From: Rhynchopus sp. YZ270_cl-10
Lineage: Eukaryota
DNA length: 64,000 nt
Direction: 5' to 3'
NCBI GenBank assembly: GCA_964035575.1
Contig: OZ037834.1
Span: forward strand, 1,178,001-1,242,000
Numbering within the stretch: position 1 is the first letter of the stretch; every line of letters begins with the position of its first letter. The position numbers and the translations under genes were made by a program. The notes beneath the pieces were generated by a model. It did not search any database and was not told where the DNA came from. It saw only the letters and a list, made by a program, of their open reading frames with translations. This document shows, in pieces, positions 35,060-48,066 of the stretch.

Positions 35060-35659
35060 TTAGACAGCAGTTTGCGCAACACGTTCACATTCTCTTGTTA
35101 TGTCGTCAGCAGTGAAGCGGGTGAGGGCTGGGATGACGGCACAGGCTTCTTCAGCATCACCGGGGGTGAGGTTGCACAAGGAGGCAACTTCTGTGAGGAG
35201 GAGACGTCCTGTAAGGTCTTGGAGGTCCGGGTTATCACTTCTGTGGACATCCGTGTATTCGAGCTCTGCGTTGATCAGCTCGATCTTGAGGCGGATCCAG
35301 CGGTCGTGAATCGGCGCAAATGTTGCTTCATCGTCACACCCAGCCTGACCCACCCCATGCACACCATCTCCCGTATAATTCAAACACTCAGTCATAAACG
35401 GCGCCTGCTTCAACGTCCAATTCGTGTACGATTCACTACTCCCACTCTGAACACCAAGGACCTGAAGCTCGTCGCACCACCGTCTCTGTTGTGCCTGGCG
35501 CTGGCTTATCACCGCATGCGTTTCGAGGTACAACAACGGCTCGGCGGTTTGCAGAGCAGGGCCAAGCTGGCCCAGCTTAAAGTCAACCTCTGTTGAGATG
35601 GGAACGGAAGAAGGGGCCGTGGGTTCCATAGGAGGCTCCTCGTTCAGTGTGCCTGACAT
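35060..35659 (-). CDS. RPB4: RNA polymerase II subunit RPB4
   Basis: HRDC-like C-terminus EVASLCNLTPGDAEEACAVIPAL; N-terminal TAEPLLYLE block. Confidence 0.8.
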   Translation of the reverse strand: MSGTLNEEPPMEPTAPSSVPISTEVDFKLGQLGPALQTAEPLLYLETHAVISQRQAQQRRWCDELQVLGVQSGSSESYTNWTLKQAPFMTECLNYTGDGVHGVGQAGCDDEATFAPIHDRWIRLKIELINAELEYTDVHRSDNPDLQDLTGRLLLTEVASLCNLTPGDAEEACAVIPALTRFTADDITRECERVAQTAV

Positions 35660-36346
35660 AATGTAGCTTATTTGATTTTTGTTTGCTTCCCTGTAAGGTG
35701 TGGTGAATATGTAAAGAGAAAAAACAGCTAATAAAAGTCAAACCCCACAGCTACTAAAAGGAGAAAGTGATATATCAAAAAGAATTGGTTGTTATTTTTT
35801 GTTTTTCCTGTTTTTTGCTGTGTATTTTTGTGTATTTTTTTTTTTTTTTTGGCTTTTTTTTCCTCTTGTTTTTATTAATTGAAAAAAGTGGATTGTTTTT
35901 TTGAGCATCCGTGTGTGCAAAAGAAAAAAAAAAAAAAATCACCAAAATTCTGAATTTGCTTGTTTTATTTGTGTGCCGATAGAAATACCTCCCTTCGGTT
36001 TCTTATCATTATCACACAGATCTGTTCTTTCTAAAAAAGAATGAAAAAAAAAGAGAGAAAAGGGAAAAGCACAAAAAAGATAATTTGATTTTAACCCTTA
36101 ACGCTCACCGCCATATTTTGGGCGCACCTTGAGGGTGGGAAAAAAAGAGAGAATTTCGAAGTGGAAACGCCTTACCGTTCATCGGCGGACGCAGGGCACT
36201 GTCTCTCAGGGAAAAAAAATGTCAAAAACTATGTAATCATAAAAAGGGGCGGGGGGTGTAGTGAGCAAGTAAGTGACAGAGGGGGGGAAGGGAGAGAGGA
36301 ACTGGTAGGGAATAGAATAAAAAAAAAAAAAAATGAAAAGTTCATA

Positions 36347-36379
36347 AGATGACCCTAAGCCTCTCGTGCTTAGTCATCC
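36347..36379 (-). repeat. Hairpin element family A copy
   Basis: agatgaccctaagcctctcgtgcttagtcatc. Confidence 0.9.
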
Positions 36380-37193
36380 TGAAAGAAAAAAGAAGGGGGG
36401 AGACTGTGGCCCAGGATTTTGGGGGGGTCAAAAAGTAGTGCCCTGTGGGCTGCAGTCTGGTTCGGGAAATTGAGGTGGGGGGGAAAGAGCATCGAAAAAG
36501 AGAGACTCGGAGAGCCTCCGTTTTACGAATACTACATACTGTACTAGGTCCACGTGTCTATACTTCGCCCCTTTCTCCTGACCTTTTTTCTTTCGATCAC
36601 AAGAAGGGGGCTGGTGACATGGTGGCATTTTATGAAATCTTCAATCATTTCAAATCTTTTCATTGGCAAAGTGGAAGTCTCACGCAATGAACCACTTCAC
36701 TTCAACCAAAATGCCGATGAAACCAGCAAAACACCATACAGGGGATGTGGAGGAGAGGGGGGAAGAAATAATAAAAAAAATAGAAAACTTTGTTTAGATG
36801 ACCCTAAGCCTCTTTGTGTTTTCGTCACCTAAAAAAAAGACAGTTCTCAACCTTTTTTCGCAGACATTTTCAAGGCCGTGCCGATTGTTGACTCACTCAT
36901 TAAGTGGATGGTGGGGAAGGGAAGGGAGAGAAGGGGGACGGAAAAAAATGAAAGCGGGGTGGCTAGAAAGCCACCGGTGTAAAAGGGGTCCTAAATACAT
37001 CGAATGTAGGGTAGCAGGCTACGGCGCAAGTGGACGTGGACGTGACAAAGAAGAAGAGAAGTTAAGCCGCAAGACGCTGCGGAGACTCGCTTCTGAGGCC
37101 AACATGGGGAGGGGGGTGATGAGGCATGTTGGTGTGCGAGTGCTGGAAGGTTCCACAACTGGAGCTGTTCCGCGGGAATAGTCTTGCTCACGC

Positions 37194-39195
37194 TTACGAC
37201 ATTTTGAGCGTGAAATTCTTGTATCCAAACTCACTGCAGGGCTTCTTGAAGTCGACGAAGTACTCATCACCGACCTGTTTGTGGTGTGGGTGGGAGGAGG
37301 AGGAGGAGGAGGTGGTGGTGGTGGTGCATACCTTGAAGTTGTAGCAGTACGAGCGGTCCTTCCACACCGGCACCTTGGCACGGTAGCCGCCGTGGCACTT
37401 CTCTTTGCTCTCGGTCAGGTCGGGGTTGCGCATGTTGTTCTCGAACTTCTTGCATTCGTGTTTCTGTTGTTGTGTTGTTTTATGTAGGTGTGGTGTTGTG
37501 ATAGTGTGGTGTGCTGTGTGCATACCTGAACATTCTTCTCGTCACCCTCACGCCAGAGGTTGAGCGTGACATTAAGGTCCTCCTCAGTCTGCACCCACGA
37601 GAAGTTCACATCGTAGAACGTCTTCGGGATGAGCGTGCCTTCCTTGTTGATCGCAGACAGATCAGAGCGGCGGCGGATGTCCTTTGCCTTCACGTCGTTC
37701 TGGGTGAAGATCAGGTCAAAGGCCACCACGTAGGTGCCGTCGCCGTTCTTGAAGCTCTTGATCACTCCGTCCATGAAGATGTCGCCATAGAAACGTGCAC
37801 GCACCTTGGCACCGGGCACAAGCTCGTCTTCTGGGGCAGGCTCGGGCTTCTCAATCGCAATGTTGGCAACGGCAACATTGTCCACGTCCGTGTCGTCAAA
37901 CTTCACCACGCAGTACTTCCCCTCCTCAGTGTCGTTGATCTTCCCGTTCTGCACACCTCCCTCAAGAGTGCCCTCGTAGTACCCGAACTTCTTCCAGCGT
38001 GCGAACACACGTGTGCCCTTCGTCAGCTTGTCCTCAGGCGCAGGTGCCACAGCTTCCCGACAGTACTCAATACGGCTCTCCTGACGCTCAACAGACACCT
38101 TCCTCAGCTCAGCAGGGTTCTTGTCCAGCTCCTTCTTCTCGTTCTCCACCTTTGCATCACCCTCCAGAAGTGCGTTGACCTGCTTCCGGCGGAACTCCTC
38201 CAGCTCCGCACCGGTTGGCGGCTTGAACCCCTCACCCATGTGCTTCTGGTACTTCTCGAACTTGTTGTACGGTGTCTGGCAGAACGGCTTCTTCCCGTTT
38301 GCAATGTCGAGGTAAGCGGGCAGGTCGGGGAGCAGCTCCTCCTGTGTCATCCCAAGCGCCTTGCACACTCCCATCATGATCGTCTCTGTTCCCTTGCGCA
38401 TCAGCTCTTCCTGCTTCTCCAGCACCTTCACTGCTGTTGTCGGGTCGGCCAACTTCTCGTCCTTCATCATCAGAATCTTGTCTGCCGTGCCCAGCTCCGG
38501 TGGCTCGTCCTTCCCTTGCAGGTACGCTCCGTACCCGTTGCTGATGCTTGCAATCACAGTTGCGTTGTTTCCAGGAAGAAGGTCCTCAAGACCCATCAGA
38601 CCACTCTTCAGTGGCTCCATGTCGTCCGACATCTGGCACGGGTTCACACACTTCGCAAGCGCATCGCAGTCTGTCTTTGCCTTGTCGGGGTTTGCGTTGT
38701 ATGGGTGTCCCTCCTTCTTCGACGCTGCCTTTGTCATCACAAGCGGGAACTTCGTCTCGTCCTTCTTGTGCAGTGCGTGGATCTTTTTGCAGAAGTCTGG
38801 CACCGTCTCACCGGGGAAATGGATGTTCACGGGACCCTCCTCGGTGTCCACAATCCAACGCTGGTGCTGCAGTGTTGGCCTCACGTTGGCAACGTGCACA
38901 CCAGCGGGACCCGACGCCTGCTTCTCCCACTTGGTCTCCTTCAGCTTCCTTGGGTCGCTTGGCATTGCCTTGATCTGGCAGGTCACTCTGTTGGGAGGGG
39001 TGAGATAAGAGGTTTGCAACATAATCAAATATTGTTGGTTCTCAAAAAGGCAACATACTTCTTGCAGTTCTCAGGCTGCGTCCACGACCACATCACGTCA
39101 ACGGTGAAGTCTCTTGACACAGACACCTGCGACTCTCCCTTCCCTGCAGTGATTCTACCATCCTTCCCGTGCACAACAGACGGCCCACAACCCAT
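37194..39195 (-). CDS. Putatively N-acylated (MGC...) protein with two Tudor-like repeats, copy 1; introns 38988-39058, 37464-37525 and 37275-37331
   Basis: Three GTATG...CAG introns splice in frame; repeats GTRVFARW...VVKFDD and GAKVRARF...YVVAFD. Confidence 0.85.
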
Positions 39196-42100
39196 CTTGA
39201 TCAACTGCGGTTTTGTTTTCTGTTCTGTTTTCTCTCTACTCTTTTGAGCGTTTAGGCTTGGGGCTGTTAACCTGTAAGTTTCAAGGTATTCCCTATGTGT
39301 AAATGGCAGCCTGTGTATTGGTGGTGGAATAAAAGAAAAACAAACACACGAACACACCCCATAACATAATGCCTCAGAAGGCCTAGAAGGAACCTTTTTA
39401 AGGTGACTGAGCACGTTCTGCTCGAGTGTATGGTTTACTTTATTTTGTTTTTTTGACAGGAGAATAGAACAAAACCACGAAGGCCCAATGCAAGGCTGTG
39501 GTGACTGTCGCCAACACCTATTCGCAAATGTTCTGCGCGAAGTCGAATGGAAAGACTTCTAAGAAAAACTTCATGAGAGAAGCCAGAAGGAGCAAAGAAA
39601 AGGACCCCACGACTGGGTGGCACTAATCGCGGCCCTGCTAACCAGAGGCAACAAGAGAGACGATCGGAGACGGGACTGCCAGAGGAGTTGTCGGTACTAA
39701 AACAGAACAACACCCAGTCTACTTCTGAAAGAACGGTTTTGGTCGCAAAGTCGAAGGAAAGGCTACCGGGAGTGTCGGGCAATCGCTTCCGTCCTAGGTT
39801 GTAGTTTGGTTTCAGAATATATGAAAAGTTATGCTGCCGCTGTGGACGTAGGCATGGGCCCTCCGTAGGGTGTGTGTGTGTGTCAGGGGTGTTTGAAAAT
39901 TGGAAAGTTGTTTATCTGGTCATGGAAAATGTCAGAAGCAAGACTGGCGTGTCATGTTGTTGTGTTGTCATCATCCGCAGGGGAGAGAGGTTGTTGGAAC
40001 ATAAGTTGACTTGAAATACAAAGCCCTCTCGTAGGGAGACAGTGTACCGATGCTGTAACAAAAAAAAGACGGCATCTCGCAAACCCTCCAACTCCTTTCC
40101 TAGCACAGTCAGCAATGGACAGGTGTTAATGGGCTGCTCGGGTGTCATGTTTTTGGGGTTGCTGTTTGTCTTATGAAGAGAATAAAACAAAAATATGAGA
40201 GGAGGATGTTGCTGGATATCTTTTTGTTTTTTGTTTTTTTTTTTTTTTTTTTGCCAATCCTTTCTGTTTAGTTTTTGTTTTGTTTTGAAAAAGAATTGTT
40301 GGAGTCGTGCATCTTATTTTTGTACACAAACTCCATTTTCCATTTTAGCACACGCTTTTTTTTTAAAAAACCAAAAGAAAACTGGGATAAATGGGATCGG
40401 GAAGGCGGGGTGAGGGAGATGTGGAAAATCATGCCACAAAAAAAAGAAAAGAAAGAAACGCTGGCGTGGAACAAGCGCGGCAAGACAATGGTGAGGGTGG
40501 AACACGACAGAACTTCTCTTTCCTCCGACCCTATTGCCTCCTGCTCATCCCAGTCATTTAATTTTTTTTGAGGGGGGGTATTTAAAAAAAAGGTGGGAAT
40601 CTCGCGAATGAAAAAAGTAAATCAAAAAGAGATGCAAACGGTTCGCTCCTGTACTTGGGCAGAACCTGGTGTTATTTTTATTTTGGCTTTTTTTTATTTT
40701 GAAACGAAATGTGAAAATTCAGCCAAGAAAGAAAAGCAAGACCCAATTCAAGAGATAAATGCCGAGAGAAGTTTGAGGAAATGAAGAAAGGAAGGACGGG
40801 GGAGTTTTTTTTTTTTTTTGAAAAAAGCAAGGTAAAACGATTGAGCGGTGCGGAGCACAGCGCAACATTTCTTTTTTACTTCTTGCAAATCCTTTCTCCC
40901 CCCTTTTCTCCTACCCTCTCCATACCAACTCTAGTGTAAATTGGAGCTATTTTACAACCTGTCCATATGGGTTCTGTGTTTGCCTCTTGCTGTGTCAAAC
41001 ACAAAATCCTGCCGTCAAAAAAGGACCGTCGCAAAATTGTACATCCCAAGAGTATTTTTTTGAAGGATGCCTTTTTTTAAATAATTTTTAGTTCCTATTT
41101 TCGCTTTTTTTTTTTGCGCTCTTTTTTTTGCCTTGTAAGGGTTTTAGTTGCAAAGAGACAACGGGTAATATAAATGAAACTCTGGTACCCAAAAAAGTGG
41201 CAGGAAAATACCACCAAAAAAAAAAAACTGTTTTTTTTTCCTTGACAAAGCTTTTGCCTTAAAAAGGCAAAAAGGGTAAAGGGGAAAGGGTGGAGAAGAA
41301 GGAAAGGGAGAACTAAATAAAGCCAAAAAAAAAAAGCAAATTGAATGTGGGTAGGGGGAAATTATTCTGTTTTTTGTTTTTTTTGTTTTTGTATTTTTTT
41401 TTTTTTTTTTTTTTTTGTTGTTTTTTTTTTTTTTTTTTTGTTGTGTTTTTGGGAAAGTGAAAGAAACAAGAAGGGGCGAAGGGGCTAAACTTACAAAATA
41501 AAATGAAAAAGTAAAAGAAAAGATGAAATAGTATCATCTACACATGCACCTCTTGTTAAGTTGTTCAACCTAAAAAGGTGTGAAGCGCGTCGAAACACAG
41601 ACACCTTTCAAAGAAAAAAAAAGGGGACAAAGTCTGAAGAAGGTGAGACGAGTTGCGAGCAGGATAGCTACAAGAACTACACTTTCATGCAAAACAAAAA
41701 AAAAAAAGAGAAAAAAAAAAGGTTGAGAAAACAGTTATCCTGCTACTTTTTGCACAATAATTTCCCTCGAGAGAGAGAAAAAAAAAACTGTTATAAATTT
41801 GTGCCTCCCCTATAACAAGGGAGTAAACAACACTGTTTCCTAAACTTCTTGTAATATCGGCATTTCAGTATCATCTGCACATTTTTTTTTTCTTTTCTTT
41901 TCAAACTTTTTTTTTCTTCTTGCCTACAACCCTTCTCCATACTATTTTTCTCTTCTTTTCATATTTTTATGTACTTTTTTTTGTGTGTTTTTTTTTTTTT
42001 TTTTTTTTTTTTTGTGAAAAAAATATCAAATAAAAGGAACTTATCCCGGAAGGGAGGGTTCATTTATTGTTTCTTTTTTTTGTTTTATCTGCTTTGCATT

Positions 42101-42350
42101 TCTCTTGGAAAAACCCCACGAAAAAAAAAAAATGCTTATTTTCTACTGGGTTTCCCTACGAAGAGGGGCTATGTTCATGGGATACAAGGGAGAAGATTGG
42201 AGCTCGCTTGTCCGTTAGTTACTTTGCAGTAGCAGGACACTCGCCTTGCCTACTTCATCCTTGTGTGACCCGAGTAGGGTATCGACAAACTACTGGGGGG
42301 CATAGAGGTGGGAGAGAGGTGCATAAGAACAGGGGGTGCAGGCCTCACGC

Positions 42351-44352
42351 TTACGACATTTTGAGTGTGAAATTCTTGTATCCAAACTCACTGCAGGGCT
42401 TCTTGAAGTCGACGAAGTACTCATCACCGACCTGTTTGTGGTGTGGGTGGGAGGAGGAGGAGGAGGAGGTGGTGGTGGTGGTGCATACCTTGAAGTTGTA
42501 GCAGTACGAGCGGTCCTTCCACACCGGCACCTTGGCACGGTAGCCGCCGTGGCACTTCTCTTTGCTCTCGGTCAGGTCGGGGTTGCGCATGTTGTTCTCG
42601 AACTTCTTGCATTCGTGTTTCTGTTGTTGTGTTGTTTTATGTAGGTGTGGTGTTGTGATAGTGTGGTGTGCTGTGTGCATACCTGAACATTCTTCTCGTC
42701 ACCCTCACGCCAGAGGTTGAGCGTGACATTAAGGTCCTCCTCAGTCTGCACCCACGAGAAGTTCACATCGTAGAACGTCTTCGGGATGAGCGTGCCTTCC
42801 TTGTTGATCGCAGACAGATCAGAGCGGCGGCGGATGTCCTTTGCCTTCACGTCGTTCTGGGTGAAGATCAGGTCAAAGGCCACCACGTAGGTGCCGTCGC
42901 CGTTCTTGAAGCTCTTGATCACTCCGTCCATGAAGATGTCGCCATAGAAACGTGCACGCACCTTGGCACCGGGCACAAGCTCGTCTTCTGGGGCAGGCTC
43001 GGGCTTCTCAATCGCAATGTTGGCAACGGCAACATTGTCCACGTCCGTGTCGTCAAACTTCACCACGCAGTACTTCCCCTCCTCAGTGTCGTTGATCTTC
43101 CCGTTCTGCACACCTCCCTCAAGAGTGCCCTCGTAGTACCCGAACTTCTTCCAGCGTGCGAACACACGTGTGCCCTTCGTCAGCTTGTCCTCAGGCGCAG
43201 GTGCCACAGCTTCCCGACAGTACTCAATACGGCTCTCCTGACGCTCAACAGACACCTTCCTCAGCTCAGCAGGGTTCTTGTCCAGCTCCTTCTTCTCGTT
43301 CTCCACCTTTGCATCACCCTCCAGAAGTGCGTTGACCTGCTTCCGGCGGAACTCCTCCAGCTCCGCACCGGTTGGCGGCTTGAACCCCTCACCCATGTGC
43401 TTCTGGTACTTCTCGAACTTGTTGTACGGTGTCTGGCAGAACGGCTTCTTCCCGTTTGCAATGTCGAGGTAAGCGGGCAGGTCGGGGAGCAGCTCCTCCT
43501 GTGTCATCCCAAGCGCCTTGCACACTCCCATCATGATCGTCTCTGTTCCCTTGCGCATCAGCTCTTCCTGCTTCTCCAGCACCTTCACTGCTGTTGTCGG
43601 GTCGGCCAACTTCTCGTCCTTCATCATCAGAATCTTGTCTGCCGTGCCCAGCTCCGGTGGCTCGTCCTTCCCTTGCAGGTACGCTCCGTACCCGTTGCTG
43701 ATGCTTGCAATCACAGTTGCGTTGTTTCCAGGAAGAAGGTCCTCAAGACCCATCAGACCACTCTTCAGTGGCTCCATGTCGTCCGACATCTGGCACGGGT
43801 TCACACACTTCGCAAGCGCATCGCAGTCTGTCTTTGCCTTGTCGGGGTTTGCGTTGTATGGGTGTCCCTCCTTCTTCGACGCTGCCTTTGTCATCACAAG
43901 CGGGAACTTCGTCTCGTCCTTCTTGTGCAGTGCGTGGATCTTTTTGCAGAAGTCTGGCACCGTCTCACCGGGGAAATGGATGTTCACGGGACCCTCCTCG
44001 GTGTCCACAATCCAACGCTGGTGCTGCAGTGTTGGCCTCACGTTGGCAACGTGCACACCAGCGGGACCCGACGCCTGCTTCTCCCACTTGGTCTCCTTCA
44101 GCTTCCTTGGGTCGCTTGGCATTGCCTTGATCTGGCAGGTCACTCTGTTGGGAGGGGTGAGATAAGAGGTTTGCAACATAATCAAATATTGTTGGTTCTC
44201 AAAAAGGCAACATACTTCTTGCAGTTCTCAGGCTGCGTCCACGACCACATCACGTCAACGGTGAAGTCTCTTGACACAGACACCTGCGACTCTCCCTTCC
44301 CTGCAGTGATTCTACCATCCTTCCCGTGCACAACAGACGGCCCACAACCCAT
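42351..44352 (-). CDS. Same protein, copy 2 (offset 5157 bp)
   Basis: Same translation and intron sequences as 37194-39195. Confidence 0.85.
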
Positions 44353-45011
44353 TGTGTCTTTTGTTCGGTAAGTACAATTTGCAGATGTGTAAAATGGACA
44401 CTTGAGCGGTGTCTGTCGGGCGATAATTTAGGTGGGGTGGGGAGGGTCACACTACAATAATGGAAAAAAAGGGGCAGCAAGGCTTTCCCTAAATCGGGGA
44501 GAAAATATGGGGGTTGATTTAGGGAAAGCCCTGGGTGTGGGGGGGCAAAGTCCATTTTGTTTTGCTGAAATGCCACAAAAAAAAAAGTACAAAGGGACAG
44601 ATATAATCTGAGATAGATGCCTTAATCCTTTTTCGCTGCACGAACAAAAACAAAAAAACGCACACCCCCCTTGAGGTTATTGATCCTAACCGCTTCTCCC
44701 CCCTGTCTCTCTTTTTTGATTTTCTGCCCTCCTTTTCCTCTTCCTCTTCACACACGCTATATTTGAGACAAAATAATAAAAACCCCCCCAATGAGATCAA
44801 CCATGGCCACCCCTCCAGCGCTACCTTTTTTTGCAGTTTGTGGAGGTTTTGTGCGTAAAGTGTGTAATGAAATATTCTGTGTTGATATTTTTAACAATAC
44901 CCTCCCACCGTCAGGAGGAAACCTCTTTTTCCAAAAAAAAGGAGTTACCTTGAAATACATAGCTTGGAGGAAAGAAGCACGGGAAAAAAAAAAAACAATT
45001 GAAAGAAATCG

Positions 45012-47249
45012 TCAGTCTGTCTCCTCCTCCTCCTCCCCGCGGATTGCCCCAAGAAGCGTTCTTTCGTGCTCCTTATCGGTGACGAGGTGCAGGATCTCGA
45101 GGTTGGCTACTGCAGGACGCAGTGTGGCGGCGACTTGCGCGTAGGCTTGTTTGACAAAGGCAGGACTGTTCCGCTTTGCTGGTGGGCAGATCTTAATACT
45201 GCATACAAAGGCAACGCCTGCAGGCAACACACCACGCAATGTACACAACGCACTGAGGGTATCCTCCTTCACACACTCCAACAGCAACACCACGGTCGCC
45301 ACACCCGAAAAGCTGGGCACCCCACCATCACCCCACTCCCAGGCCCCATTCCTCGCTAGCAGTACCTCATGCCAACAAACATCTCCACATATGTTTTGCA
45401 ACGCCGGCTCCACCACAGAGCGCTCCTTCTCCGCTTTGACCGACAATACTACTCCTTTTCCCTTTGCGAAAATCGACGTCCGCTCAGCCACCTCCATTAT
45501 CCGCGACAAACAGCGGGGGGGTGGAGCAACTGCCGCAACGGACTGCCACTGCCGTGGATCCCATTCGGTTGCATTATGCGCAGAACAGAGATACATTGTC
45601 TCTGTAGACGACATGCTTTCACGCCATTCCACAATGTTCAGCAGAACGTCGTACACCTTCGGGTCGAACCTTGCCGCCAACGCTCCACCCTCAGTCTCTT
45701 CCACCAAAGACCGCTCCAAAACCCTAGGGTGTGCACATACCCTTGCAACAGATTCGTTCCCTTCAAGGCGTTTTGCTACCCACTCTTGAACAGCAGGGCG
45801 TCCTCTTAATACTGATTCAAAAGGAAGAATTTTATCCACCGACCGACAAAGCAGAGTGTTGCTCGCAACGTAACGACAGAACTCGAGAGGGTTCGGGCAA
45901 TGCACTACTACAAGCTCAGAGGAGGCTGCTTCTGGAGTAGTTGTAACACTACCATTTGCGACATAGCGCATATCGGCAACCCAAACTGCGGTGATGAGAG
46001 GGGTAGCGGTGGATGTAGCGCACCCTGCCCCTCTCAGCTGCAGCAGATATTCTACGATACGCCGCGGTAGATCCGACCCCGCCGCACTGACAAGGTGCAG
46101 AACCACACCTCGATCGGAGAAAGGGAGGACCGATTTAACAGGGTTTTGATTTGGCACATCACCACGGATGACCTTCACAATAAGGTTGTCAGGCGAAATA
46201 CCGACAGGGACATACTCAGAAAGGGTGACATTCGCGTTAAGGTGTCTGCGAAGATATTGAATACGCCCTTCTTCAATAATACGTCGTGCCGTGCGTGACA
46301 AAAGGTACAAAGCGTCGGGGGAAAGAGAAGATAAATTCCGGATTTTTTTTTGAAACGATTTGCTTGAAGTTTGAGTAGAATGGGCCTTCGCACTGCGGGC
46401 ACGGCCTAACTCTATAAGGGTCAGCAACGCATCAAAATCCCCTTCTCCAAACCCATTTTCACTCAAAAAATCACGTCCACAATAATTTTCATAAACGGTC
46501 TTCGGATGGCAACACGGGGCCAACACCGCACCGCGAACAACACCTTGGGATTGCACGATATTTTTCACCGCCAAATCTGTTGCGTCACCACAAAAATGCT
46601 TCGCAATCACGATGCTCCCCACCTTCTCGCGCAACGCCTGCTCTACAGTACAATCTGCAAGGTCTGCGGTTATTCTTTCAATCGGGTCACCGTTTTTCTC
46701 ATCCCCCACACCACCCATCCCCGCTTCACGACGATCCAAGACCACCACATTGTTTTGTGGATGCTTCCTCTTCAGAAGCCCTGCAAGAAGCCCTTTCCCT
46801 GCACCCAACTCCAAAATTTGAACACGAGAAGAATCAGAGGTTTCCAAGGCACACAGCATTGAGGTGGTGTTCGCTGAGAGTGATTCAATTTGCGGTTGGT
46901 GCCAAGCCCGTTTCGACTGTTGCCAGGTGGTTTTGTTTGAAGTGTATAAATCCTCCAAATGCCCCGCAGACTCTGCCTCCGCAAAGATCTCAGAGGTGAG
47001 CGGAGTTAACAGCGGGACAACTGCGGCAATTTTTGCTTCAATATCACTCAGGTCGACCCCCTGCCTGGGTTGGGCCTCTCCGGCGTCGATCAGACGGGTG
47101 CGCCGTTCATCGCGTATGATACGCTGCCGTTTGAGCTCGCCTTCAGTATGCACCTCACACCGCCCCTCCTCAGTACCCCCCGCATCACGGTGACAACGTT
47201 TTTTGCCGCGAATCATATGGGTGCATTGTGGTGTGCCTGTTTCTTCCAT
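45012..47249 (-). CDS. TRM13: tRNA:m(4)X 2'-O-methyltransferase TRM13-like with long C-terminal extension
   Basis: N-terminal CCCH finger (C.HMIRGKKRC...CEVH), ILELGAGKGLL, AKHFCGDATD and APCCH motifs. Confidence 0.82.
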   Translation of the reverse strand: MEETGTPQCTHMIRGKKRCHRDAGGTEEGRCEVHTEGELKRQRIIRDERRTRLIDAGEAQPRQGVDLSDIEAKIAAVVPLLTPLTSEIFAEAESAGHLEDLYTSNKTTWQQSKRAWHQPQIESLSANTTSMLCALETSDSSRVQILELGAGKGLLAGLLKRKHPQNNVVVLDRREAGMGGVGDEKNGDPIERITADLADCTVEQALREKVGSIVIAKHFCGDATDLAVKNIVQSQGVVRGAVLAPCCHPKTVYENYCGRDFLSENGFGEGDFDALLTLIELGRARSAKAHSTQTSSKSFQKKIRNLSSLSPDALYLLSRTARRIIEEGRIQYLRRHLNANVTLSEYVPVGISPDNLIVKVIRGDVPNQNPVKSVLPFSDRGVVLHLVSAAGSDLPRRIVEYLLQLRGAGCATSTATPLITAVWVADMRYVANGSVTTTPEAASSELVVVHCPNPLEFCRYVASNTLLCRSVDKILPFESVLRGRPAVQEWVAKRLEGNESVARVCAHPRVLERSLVEETEGGALAARFDPKVYDVLLNIVEWRESMSSTETMYLCSAHNATEWDPRQWQSVAAVAPPPRCLSRIMEVAERTSIFAKGKGVVLSVKAEKERSVVEPALQNICGDVCWHEVLLARNGAWEWGDGGVPSFSGVATVVLLLECVKEDTLSALCTLRGVLPAGVAFVCSIKICPPAKRNSPAFVKQAYAQVAATLRPAVANLEILHLVTDKEHERTLLGAIRGEEEEETD

Positions 47250-47333
47250 GGGCAGGATTTGGATTGTATTGTGTGCCCAAAAAAAAAAATCTGTGTTGAG
47301 GAATTTTTGATGGGGGTGGGGGTGGGGGGGGGT

Positions 47334-47392
47334 CTGTGATGGCAAATACGTGGCTACCCCCCCACGTATCGCGTATGATACGTATTTGCCAC
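47334..47392. repeat. Short palindrome related to the 60936 MITE ends
   Basis: gtgatggcaaatacgtggcta...acgtatttgccac. Confidence 0.55.
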
Positions 47393-48066
47393 CCCAGGTG
47401 GGGGATGGGGTGGGGGGGTGTGTGATTGTAAAGTCTCTAAGATTCTGTGATCACCTTAGGTTAGAATCGTTAGGGGATGTGCATTGGTATATGTGGTATT
47501 TGCATGGGGTTGGTTGTTGGGGGATAAATCGTCATTTTTCCCTCAGCCTGATTGGGGTGTCCTGGAAATTCAGGTGAAATAGTGTGAAAATGGTCGTAGG
47601 TGAGTTGCCCTTGGGATGCCCCATTGATGGTTCGTAATTTTTTTTGTTTGGTAGCGTGGTGTGCAGGAATGAGCATTAAAAAGGTCTTTTTTTGTTTTGC
47701 TTCTTTTTCCCCCTTTGCATCAACAAATCACCGAGAGAGAGGTGGGTTTTTCGGTACTCAAACAAAACAAAAAAAAAAAAATGCTGCCCGAAGGGGGGGC
47801 TAGGATGATGACGGTGTCAATCATATTTCCTTTTTTTTTGAAGAAAAAATCATGGCGTCGGTGGACCTGACGACATGCGAACTTGCGTCCAACAGCGGAC
47901 CGTCATTTGTATGCTTGCCCCCTTGTTGTTGCTGTTTATGGGTATTTTTTTTTTCTAGGCTAGACGAAAAGGCAGGAAACCCTCATGGCTTTGTGTTGCA
48001 GAACTGTCAGTAACAGCTCCGAAGACATACCCATTTAAACAGGTTTCAAAAAAAGGAGAAAAATAA

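Noticed and set aside
39399..39430. Possible inverted family A copy (ggtgactgagcacg...gctc)
   Set aside because: Only half the consensus matches and the GTTCATC tail is missing; it may be chance or a rare exception.
39480..39800. Coding-like plus-strand stretch, possible retroelement relic
   Set aside because: Interrupted by stops, with no recognisable motif.
37511..44371. 578-aa and 567-aa plus-strand ORFs
   Set aside because: Antisense shadows produced by the strong codon bias of the duplicated minus-strand gene.
44362..44372. CTTACCGAAC upstream of two start codons (also near 19455) as a non-AG trans-splice acceptor
   Set aside because: Only two instances, and ordinary AG acceptors are available nearby.
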